From assembly GCF_902652985.1 (NCBI RefSeq), contig NC_047017.1:32550001-32614000 (forward strand): 64,000 nt of DNA, in the 5' to 3' direction. The notes beneath the pieces are model-generated. The model worked only from the letters and a program-made list of their open reading frames with translations. It ran no database searches and had not been told where the DNA came from. Positions 24,601-36,600 of the stretch are shown here, one piece after another (the stretch's first letter is position 1; each line of letters starts with the position of its first letter). This DNA is from Pecten maximus (lineage: Eukaryota). The position numbers and the translations under genes are program-made.

Positions 24601-27600
24601 GGGGACTCTGACCCTGGAGGGGCCAAAGGGGCGGGGCCCAATAGCGGAAATAGATGAATTCCTTTAAATCGCTACTTGTCATAAAGTTAAGAATGGATTT
24701 GAACCCAATTTGGTCAGAAACATCCTTGGGGGAAGGGGAACAGATTTTGCATAAATGGTGACTCTGACCCCAGAGGGGCCAAAGGGGCGGGGCCCAATAG
24801 GGGAAATAGTGGTAATTCTTTTAAATCGCTACTAGTCATAAAGTTATGAATGGATTTGAACCCAATTTGGTCAGAAACATCCTTGGGGGAAGGGGAACAG
24901 ATTTTGCATAAATGGTGACTCTGACCCCAGAGGGGCCAAAGGGGCGGGGCCCAATAGGGGAAATAGGGGTAATTCCTTTAAATCGCTACTAGTCATAAAG
25001 TTATGAATGGATTTGAACCCAATTTGGTCAGAAACATCCTTGGGGAAGGGGAACAGATTTTGCATAAATGGTGACTCTGACCCCCGAGGGGCCAAAAGGG
25101 CGGGGCCCAATAGGGGAAATAGTGGTAATTCTTTTAAATCGCTACTAGTCATAAAGTTATGAATGGATTTGAACCCAATTTGGTCAGAAACATCCTTGGG
25201 GGAAGGGGAACAGATTTTGCATAAATGGTGACTCTGACCCCCAGAGGGGCCAAAGGGGCGAGGCCCAATAGGGGAAATAGGGGTAATTCCTTTAAATCGC
25301 TACTAGTCATAAAGTTATGAACAGGGGAACAGATTTTGCATAAATGGTGACTCTGACCCCAGAGGGGCCAAAGGGGCGGGGCCCAATAGGGGAAATAGTG
25401 GTAATTCTTTTAAATCGCTACTAGTCATAAAGTTATGAATGGATTTGAACCCAATTTGGTCAGAAACATCCTTGGGGGAAGGGGAACAGATTTTGCATAA
25501 ATGGTGACTCTGACCCCAAAGGGTCCAAAGGGGCGGGGCCCAAAAGGGGAAATAGAGGTAATTCCTTTAAATTACTACTAGTCATACAGATTTGAATGGA
25601 TTTGAACCCAATTTGGTCAGAAACATCCTTGGGGGAAGGGGAACAGATTTTGCATAAATGGTGACTCTGACCCCCGAGGGGCCAAAAGGGCGGGGCCCAA
25701 AAGGGGAAATAGAGGTAATTCCTTTAAATCGCTACTAGTCATAAAGTTATGAATGGATTTGAACCCAATTTGGTCAGAAACATCCTTGGGGGAAGGGGAA
25801 CAGATTTTGCATAAATGGTGACTCTGACCCCGAGGGGCCAAAAGGGCGGGGCCCAAAAGGGGAAATAGAGGTAATTCCTTTAAATCGCTACTAGTCATAA
25901 AGTTATGAATGGATTTGAACCCAATTTGGTCAGAAACACCCTTGGGGAATGGGGAACAGATTTTGCATAAATGGTGACTCTGACCCCCGAGGACCCAATA
26001 GGTGAAATAGAGGTAATTCCTTTGAATCGCTACTTGTCATAAAGTGATGAATGCATGTTCTAAAAGCAATTCTTGAGGTCTTTCAGACCTTAGAGAGTCT
26101 GGACTTCATTAATCTGAAAGCAGTTTGAATTACCACACTATAACCATATATAGCATTAAATATTGTTAGAGATTAACAAATAAAACAAAGTGAATATGAA
26201 CATTATTTTGACATTTGGCCTAATCCAACAGGTGAGCGATGCAGGCCCCATGGGCCTCTTGTTTATCCTTTAAATCCTGAACGTTGTATATTGATGAAAT
26301 TTGATCTGGAGCATTATTGGGCAAAGTGGATCAAATGTTGTATAAACAGGGTGTGTGGCTCCGGGCGGGGGGCAGTAGGGGAAATTGAGGTTAATCCTTT
26401 AAATCCATGCAGACCTGTGTATGTGTACGATCGATTTTGGCATATTCAGTACGTAAATTAAGGCCTTAAATACTAAATGCGCATTGACCTGACTTTCTAC
26501 ACATTCTGATGAATATTATAAAAACTTCAAAAATAGCTTGTCATTGTTTTCAAATTGTCTTTATTTAGTTGCTCTCTGTCTGTTCAATATCGGAACACCT
26601 TGTATGGCGCCAAGCAAAAAAATGGCGAGGAGTTCCGATTACTATGAAGCTTATATTGAATGCTTAAATCTGAAGATCATTTTGTATTAAATATCAAAGT
26701 GTCAGAGTGACGCAGATGTGATCTCTGAACAGTAAACAAACCTGACGATGACAATCTTGATCGATACCTTGTAGTACACCTCCAAAAACATCTCAAATTC
26801 AGGAATATAAAGGTAAAAGGAGTAAAGAGTGGCCTTTCCTTGAGCAATCTCAAACAGGAGTAAACTATGAAATTAAAACAAGATATTTGAATTGAATTAA
26901 TTGTTTTGTTATTTTGATATACACTATTGAGTGGCCTATCCATTAAATTATAATGAAATTCTAAAACTACATATTATACTGTAATTGTCATAATCAATTA
27001 CTTTACTGTTGCTGCTAACAGTAAAACGGTCGATCATGTAAAATACACAGCTGCTGTTCAAAATACCCTTTTAGACAACGGAAAATACACACTTGCTTCA
27101 GAATGTATACCCAGGTGTGTAAATCCCTACTAGTCTTGTATGCTTGAATGACATTTGATGAAATTTGATCTGGAGCATTATTGGGAAAAGGGGATCAAAC
27201 TTGTATAAACAGAGGGTGTGGCTCCCCTTGGGCCGGAGGGGCAGGGCCCAGTAAGGGAAATTGAGGTAAATCCTTTAAATCCCTACTAGTCCTGAACACT
27301 TGAATGCATTTTGATGAAATTTAGCCTGGAGCATTATTGGGCAAATGTGATATAATGTTGTGTAAACGGAGGGTGTGGCTCCCCTGGGGTTGGAGGGGCA
27401 GGACTCAATAGCGGATATTGAGCTAAATCATTTAAATTGCTACTAGTTTAAATCCTTGACATCCCCACCCCTTAACCATATCTAGCGTTGCTGGACATCA
27501 AGAGATAAACACAATCATGATCTAAAAATAGGCCCTGGGGTCTTCCCCCCACCTCTAGGGACTTAGTTTCTTTGATATATCTTTGAAACCATTGGGATCC

Positions 27601-30600
27601 CCACCCATATATAGCATTGTTTGACACCATTGAAACATTAAGCTAAAAGTTTACTTGTGGCCTGAATTTTCATCAAAGGGATCAATATCAAGGCTTATCT
27701 GCAGATGACACATTGACATTGAACCGTTTTTTGTGTGTTTTTTTTGTAAAAAATATTGGGTGTAATTGGATATATTGAAAACATGCAACAAAAACATTTT
27801 TTAAAAAGTTGCCAGAAGTAAGGCTAATAATATTAACTTCACTGACATGAATCCTTCATGAGAGTAATGTGACCAAGCCTCACTTGCATTTAAATTGTAC
27901 ATGTCCTATACCTATCATCAGATTTGTCTGTAAAATGAAATCTTCCTACATGTACTCACTGTATATATATATTGTAGCCAGATTTGCTGGTGATCCAGCA
28001 TGTTCCTGTTAAGAATATTGTAGAACAGTAGTGTATTGTATGCTGCATTATAACTGTCAGAGCAGCTTTGCTAAGACAAAAATATGAAATTTTTATTCCA
28101 TAATAGTGCAAAAAAATGTTTCAGAAATTTTGGTTTCACACAATGTATGTCTATAGAATAAATTCAATAAATTATTTAATTGCTTACTTTCACTAATAAA
28201 ATATTCCGCGATTAGGTATATATATTGATACTAATCATAAATGGAAATGGGAATTTTTTTATCATGCCAATTTTTTTTTAATTTTTTTTAAAATTTTGGA
28301 TTGTTTACATTCATTTTATATTTGATATTAGTTGATTTAATTATTAATTTTCTACTAGGTTGCGTGCTTCAAGAGTGCTTCTGATTGGAATGCGAGGCTT
28401 GGGTGCAGAAGTAGCCAAGAACATTGTTTTATCTGGAATCAAGTCTCTTACCATGCTGGATGATACAGAGGTACACAAATTTACTGGTATTTGTAGATTT
28501 TAGCCCCTCTTGTTCAAAGGACCAGTGAGTTTATGTCCCATTGCATCATCCATCTTCGTCATCAGTTGTCCACTGCATGATACATGTACATAAATACATG
28601 TAATGTGTGTCCAAACAGACTTTGACCAAACTTAGTCTGGAACACATTCTTCTTCTGTTGAGACAAAGGGATTTCGATGAATTTTGGATAAAGACGACTC
28701 AATTTTGTATAAATGGGTGGTCTGGTCACTCCACCTGGGAGCAGAGCCAGAGGGGTGGGGCCACATAAGGGATATATAATCTAATATATAATTGAAGGGG
28801 ACTCTTGAAAGAATTGTTACCTTACCCAAATGGGATATCACAATGCAAGAGCAGAGTGTTTTTCAGCTGAATTTGCTTGTGTCATATAAGAAACCAGGAA
28901 ATCAATTGGGAATTTCCCTTTAGCCCAGTAGTAGGATATTAATTTGGGTTTGTACATCTGTCACGCTTCATTTCTCTGCAGTAACTAAAAAAAAATGTTT
29001 TTCTTCAAATTTGTAACATGGTTTAAAGCTTAAGGGCTTGACAAAGTTTGTTTGCCACCTCTACTAGACTTAATATGACAGAGTTATGACCCCTTCATTA
29101 ACTAAAAAGGTAGTTTTCTATAGTTTCCTTGAAATCACAGGGCAAGGCTGAGTTTGGTTGCCAGACATTATTTGGCAGAGTAATGAATTGATTTATGTTT
29201 TCTGCTTTTTACATGCAATTACTCCCATAAATATTATCTGATCATCATCAAAGTTATCTTCCCTTGATTCAACAAAATTTAACAAAATTTATCATTCTTT
29301 TGAGCTATAATGACATTTTTACTTCTTACCTCAAAATGATTTACCTACTAGAATGAATATGTCGGGAAAGCAGGGGATTTAAATTCAATGAATTTGCTTG
29401 TTCTCATTTCTCCTATCTACTATACTGAAACTGCTTTCCTGGTATTGCATTTTCATCAAAGATCTAAAGTCCAGTGTCAAGGTCACTATAACTATAAATA
29501 CAAATTTAACCACCTTGTCATAACATGAGTTTGCTTGACTCCACCAAACTCAAACATTAGACTGTGCATCAAATTAGTTACTAAAAGTGATAGTTTGGGA
29601 AAACATGTCCAGTCTTTAGGTCAAAGGCAAATCAGATTGATTCTCTTTGGTCAATTCATATGATATGTCATCCTTACCAAAAGTGCTTGCTAGGGAGTAT
29701 ATGACTACAAGCTGCAATGACCCCTTGGTTTTTGTCATCTTTTTATCCTTTCATGCTAATATCTATGGTTTGATTTTCATGAAACTTCCTCAAACTATAC
29801 AAGATTCACTTGATTATCTGCTCAAATTAGGTCAACTTGAGATGCCTTTGATGGATCTCCTATTAGAAATGTCAATTACTGAACAGTGAATATGCTGTGT
29901 AAACCTGTGTACATCAACTACTCAACAGTGAAATATGCTTTGTAAACCTGTGTACATCAACTACTGAACAGTGAATATGCTGTGTAAACCTGTGTACATC
30001 AACTACTCAACAGTGAATATATTATATGCTGTGTAAACCTGTGTACTTCAACTACTGAACAGTAAATATGCTGTGTAAACCTGTGTACATCAACTACTCA
30101 ACAGTGAATATATTATATGCTGTGTAAACCTGTGTACATCAACTACTCAACAGTAAATATGCTGTGTAAACCTGTGTACATCAACTACTCAACAGTAAAT
30201 ATGTTGTGTAAACCTGTGTACGTCAACTACTGAACAGTAAATATGCTGTGTAAACCTGTGTACGTCAACTACTCAACAGTGAATATGCTCTGTAAACCTG
30301 TGTACATCAACTACTGAACAGTGAATATGCTGTGTAAACCTGTGTACATCAACTACTCAACAGTGAATATATTATATGCTGTGTAAACCTGTGTACGTCA
30401 ACTACTCAACAGTAAATATGCTGTGTAAACCTGTGTACGTCAACTACTGAACAGTAAATATGCTGTGTAAACCTGTGTACAACAACTACTCAACAGTGAA
30501 TATGCTGTGTAAACCTGTGTACGTCAACTACTGAACAGTGAATATGCTGTGTAAACCTGTGTACATCAACTACTGAACAGTGAATATGCTGTGTAAACCT

Positions 30601-33600
30601 GTGTACATCAACTACTCAACAGTGAATATATTATATGCTGTGTAAACCTGTGTACAACAACTACTGAACAGTGAATATGCTGTGTAAACCTGTGTACATC
30701 AACTACTGAACAGTGAATATGCTGTGTAAACCTGTGTACATCAACTACTCAACAGTGAATATGCTGTGTAAACCTGTGTACAACAACTACTCAACAGTGA
30801 ATATGCTGTGTAAACCTGTGTACATCAACTATACTCAACAGTAAATATGCTTTGTAAACCTGTGTACATCAATTACTGAACAGTGAATATGCTGTGTAAA
30901 CCTGTGTACATCAACTACTCAACAGTGAATATGCTGTGTAAACCTGTGTACATCAATTACTGAACAGTAAATATGCTGTGTAAACCTGTGTACAACAACT
31001 ACTCAACAGTGAATATGCTGTGTAAACCTGTGTACATCAACTATACTCAACAGTAAATATGCTTTGTAAACCTGTGTACATCAATTACTGAACAGTGAAT
31101 ATGCTGTGTAAACCTGTGTACATGGTGCTCTGTCAACATGTTAGGTTATGCTTGTACTGAGAGTGACTCACTTGGTATTACAATCAATCTTTTATACTAA
31201 CCAGAATGGCAGGTATATCAAATGTAATTATAACTGTGTACACAGATCATACATCAAATGTAATTATAACATTGTACATAGATCATACATTGAATATACA
31301 CATTGTACACAAATCATACATTAAATGTAATTATAACATTGCACAGATCATACATCAAATAAATTTATAAACGCATTGTACACATCATACATATTAAAAA
31401 TGTAATTATAACATTTTGAATAGATCATATATTAAATAGAATTAAAACATTGTACAATGATCATACAGGGCATTTAGTATTTCACAAAGAAAGTTTATAG
31501 GCAGTTGAAGGGGGTAATTTCATTTTATATCTTCTTATATAATAATATATTAATCACTATATATGAATATATTTGTTTGAAGACATATGATATTTTTCTT
31601 TCCATGCACATTTCAGGTAACAGAAGAAGATTCCTGTTCACAATTCCTGCTTCCTAGATCTGATGTTGGTAAAAATGTATGTATTGTTTTACTTCATAAT
31701 ATGACAAGTTTAAACTGGTCAGCGAATACTAGTCCAGTCTGTAACATACAGAAAGGGTTGGTCAGCCAATACTACAGTCAGGATTCTGTGACAGTCTGTA
31801 ACATACAGAAAGGGTTGGTCAGCCAATACTACAGTCAGGATCCTGTCACAGTCTGTAACATACAGAAAGGGTTGGTCAGCCAATACTACAGTCAGGATTC
31901 TGTGACAGTCTGTAACATACAGAAATGGTTGTCAGCCAATACTACAGTCAGGATTCTGTGACAGTCTAACATACGGAAAGGGTTGGTCAGCCAATACTAC
32001 AGTCAGGATTCTGTGACAGTCTGTAACATACATCAAGGGTTGGTCAGCCAATACTACAGTCAGGGTTCTGTCACAGTCTAACATACAGAAAGGGTTGGTC
32101 AGCCATTACTACAGTCAGGATTTTGTGACAGTCTGTAACATACAGAAAGGGTTGGTCAGCCAATACTACAGTCAGTATTCTGTGACAGTCTAACATACAG
32201 AAAGGGTTGGTCAGCCAATACTACAGTCAGGATTCTGTGACAGTCTGAGACATACATAAAGGTTTGGTCAGCCAATACTACAGTCAGGATTCTGTGACAG
32301 CTAGTCTATAACATACAGAAAGGGTTGGTCAGCCAATACTACAGTCAAGGTTCTGTAACAGTCTGTAACATACAGAAAGGGTTAATTGGTCAGCCAATAC
32401 TACAGTCAGGATTCTGTGACAGTTTGTAACATACAGAAAGGGTTGGTCAGCCAATACTACAGTCAGGATTCTGTGACAGTCTATAACATAGAGAAAGGGT
32501 TGGTCAGCCAATACTACAGTCAGGGTTCTGTCACAGTCTTTAACATACAGAAAGGGTTGGTCAGCCATTACTACAGTCAGGATTCTGTGACAGTCCGTAA
32601 CATACAGAAATGGTTGGTCAGCCAATACTAGTCAGGATTCTGTGACAGTCTGTAACATATAGAAAGGGCTGGTCAGCCAATACTACACAAACACATTATA
32701 GACGTAAAACACACATGCCTCATACAAGCATGTGTATACATCATAGACAGTCAAACAAACGTGTATACATCATAGACAGTCATACAAACGTGTGTATACA
32801 TCATAGACAGTCATACAAACGTGTGTATACATCATAGACAGTCATACAAACGTGTGTATACATCATAGACAGTCATACAAACATGTATACATCATAAACA
32901 GTCATACAAACGTGTGTATACATCATAGACAGTCACACAAACATGTGTATACATCATAGACAGTCATACAAACATGTGTATACATCATAAACAGTCATAC
33001 AAACATGTATACATCATAAACAGTCATACAAATGTGTGTATACATCATAGACAGTCATACAAACGTGTGTATACTTGGTTGAAGTGGTGGTGTGGTAGTT
33101 TATAATAGATATAATAATATGTTTATTGTTTTTTAATGTCAGATCATTATGCCTAGGGATATTTTATTCCAGAGAGCCGTTTGCTCATTAGACCGGACCC
33201 AGCAACTCAACCCGATGGTTACGGTGACCGCTGACTCAGAGAGTGTAGCTAGCAAGGACACAGACTTCTTCACTCAGTTTGATGTGGTGTGTGCCACATG
33301 TTGTGGCCCTACTCAACTTGTGCGCATCAACAAAATCTGTGCTGACAATGGAATCAAGTTCTATGCTGGGGATGTGTTCGGTTACTATGGCTACATGTTC
33401 TCTGATCTTGGTGAACATGATTATGCAGAGTAAGTGAATGTATCAGTCCAGATATTGTTCCTGACTTTTGCTTAGAGACAGGGTCAAAAGTAGAAATATA
33501 ATATTTTTTTGGGAAATTTAATCTTTGCAAAAATAGCGAGATTGAAATCAACATTATTTTGTTAGGAGAATTTTCAGGTTATGAGAATCTGAATTTGTAC

Positions 33601-36600
33601 AATTCAGGGTACTCCTAATATCAGCTTCCAGATTGCCTTATATTAAATATGTACAACCATTGAATAAGTAGCAATTTTTCCTTTATTTTTTTGCAACCAT
33701 AAAATATTACAAAGTTTGAATTTGTAGCTGTATAAAAAAATCAATTTCTTGAATTTCAATATTTATTCATGTACATATTATATTATTTTGTAAACTGGCA
33801 ACAAATTGAGGAGAGGTAAACTCTGAATCATTTCTTATAAAAACTGGTGCACAAGATCAGAGCTAGGAATATTTTAGGTGTCTGTAGTGGTAGTTTCCTG
33901 TATCAGGTCCAAATCAGTGGGTACTTTCCCAAATCACACCTGAATTTTTCATTCAGAAGTGTACACCATCATTTTGATGATTTCCCAGCAATTATGCCCC
34001 TCTTTTGAAATACTCCATAGGTATATATATAATGTTTATCTATACAAACACCCCTTATCCTTATTAATCTCTGTGGAGACGCACAACGTCCCAGAAGGTA
34101 GAGAATTGTAGCAATCCAGATGAACCAGGTCTCACCAAAAAACACTTGTATCCATAAAGGCGATGCAAGCTACCTCTGAGAGAATATGCCAAGTTCATAT
34201 GTGTTAAGAGTGAATTTGGAAAGGTTCACGATAGACTGATTTGAAGGACAGAGTTTCAGCCATGTAGGCAGAGATTGACTCAGCTGTAACACTCCTGAAC
34301 TCTGACACTTCAACACAAGAAAAGGAACTCATCAACCAACTCATGACCTCTCCCGTATCTGTTGTTGAAAATGAATACGCAAAACAATATAAAATAAAAA
34401 TTTTTAAAAAATCAGTAACAACTGCACTATAACCAGAGAGAAAAAACAGACAATTCTTCCATAGGAGATATACAAGAAACTTTCCAAGTCTACTAGCACA
34501 ATTCAGTCTATCGCGAACTTTTCCGAATTTACTATTAACACACATGAACTTGACATATTCCCTCAAGGCCTAGGTAGCTTGCATCGCCTTATGGATACAA
34601 CAAACAGCTGGCCTAAACAAATGTCACTGAATTAGCAATTATGGACATATTAACCTGGAACTTTATTCCCTATTATAATGATTATTCAATTCCCGATTCA
34701 ACATTTATAACATTTAATTGGTCATGAAATGTAGTTACCTCTATTTTTTTCCTGTGATCATTATTATTCTGATTAGTCTATTGTTGATGTAATTACGATA
34801 AATCTACTATTCCAACAATGTTAAGCTATTTTAAAATAGGTCTAAGTTTAATCTCCTGAGCATATCTAGCTTGTATCTGTATATGAAACTCAAAAGATTA
34901 GTTAGGCACTGTCAAATTCATCTACACATCTAATTTCTCTGCCCAATTGCCGTAAATTTTACTCGCTCATGACATCATCAATTTGGGATGTTTACACATG
35001 CATCTAAAACATCACAATAAATAATTATTGTTCTGATGATGGCTACCCTATAGCCGAAACATGTCAAAACACTCTTCAATTAATCGGACCATGAAATGAA
35101 TCTCTGTGATGGGCTCACTGTTTTTACGCACACTTCTTGTTATTTTATTATTCATTTAGTCTTAGTTTATAAAGGGAGGGACATTGTTTCACCTTTACAG
35201 TACTCTTTTTAGGTCATCTGACCCAAAGGGTCAGGATGACCTATAGTCATCGTGCTTCGTCCGTCGTCGTCCGCCGTGCGCCGTCCGTAAACTTTTTCTT
35301 TCAAAACGCTACTCCTCCTTAACGCTTGGGTGGATTACTTCCAAATTTGGTTTGAAGCATCATTGGGGGAGGGCAATCATATTTCATATAAATGAGGCTG
35401 GTCTGACCCCTGGGGCCAGAAGGGCGGGGTGCCAAAAAGGGAACTTAGGTGAATATTGCTATAAAATCCTACTCCTCCTTTACCCTTGGGTGGATTACAA
35501 CTAAATTTCGTGTGAAACATCATTGGGGGAGGGCGGTCATATTTTATATAAATGAAGTTGGTGTGACCCCTAGGGCCTGAGGGGCGGGGCCCCAAAAGGG
35601 GAACTTTGATGAAATTTTGCTATAAAATCCTACTCCTCCTTAACCCTTTGGTGGATTTCAACCAGATATTGTGTGAAACATCATTTGGGGAGGGTGATCA
35701 TATTTTATATAAATGAGGCTGGTGTGACCCCTAGGGCCTGAGGGGCGGGGCCCCAAATGGGGAACTTTGATGAAATTTTGCTATAAAATCCTACTCCTCC
35801 TTAACCCTTTAGTGGATTTCAACCAGATATGTTGTGAAACATCATTTGGGGAGGGCGGTCATATTTTATATAAATGAGGCTAGTGTGACCCTGGGGCCTG
35901 AGGGGCGGGGCCCCAAATGGGGAACTTTAATGAAATTTTGCTATAAAATCCTACTCCTCCTTAACCCTTTAGTAGATTTCAACCAGATATGTTGTGAAAC
36001 ATCATTGGGGGAGGGTGGTCATATTTTATATAAATGAGGCTGATGTGGCCCCTGGGGCCAGAGGGGCGGGGCCCCAAAAGGGGAACTTTGATGAAATTTT
36101 GCTATAAAATCCTACTCCTCCTTAACCCTTTGGTGGATTTCAATAAGATATGGTGTGAAACATCATTGGGGGAGGGTGGTCATATTTTATATAAATGAGG
36201 CTGATGTGGCCCCTGGGGCCAGAGGGGCGGGGCCCCAAAAGGGGAACTTTGATGAAATTTTGCTATAAAATCCTACTCCTCCTTAACCCTTTGGTGGATT
36301 TCAATAAGATATGGTGTGAAACATCATTGAGGGAAGGTGGTCATATTTTATATAAATTAGGCTGGTGTGGCCCCTGGGGCCAGAAGGGCAGGGCTCCAAA
36401 AGGGGAACTTTGATGAAATTTTGCTTTAAAATACTACTCCTCCTAACCCCCATAGTGAATTATTACCAAATTTGGTGTGAAACATCATTGGAGGAGGACA
36501 ATCATATTTTATATAAATGAGGCTGGTTTGACCCCTAGGGCCAGAGGGGCAGGGCCCCAAAAGGGGAACTTTGGTGAATTTTTGCTATAAATCCTACTTC

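Noticed and set aside
34204-34566. 120-aa minus-strand ORF
   Set aside because: Lies within the inverted-repeat TE remnant, has a non-ATG start and no recognisable domain.
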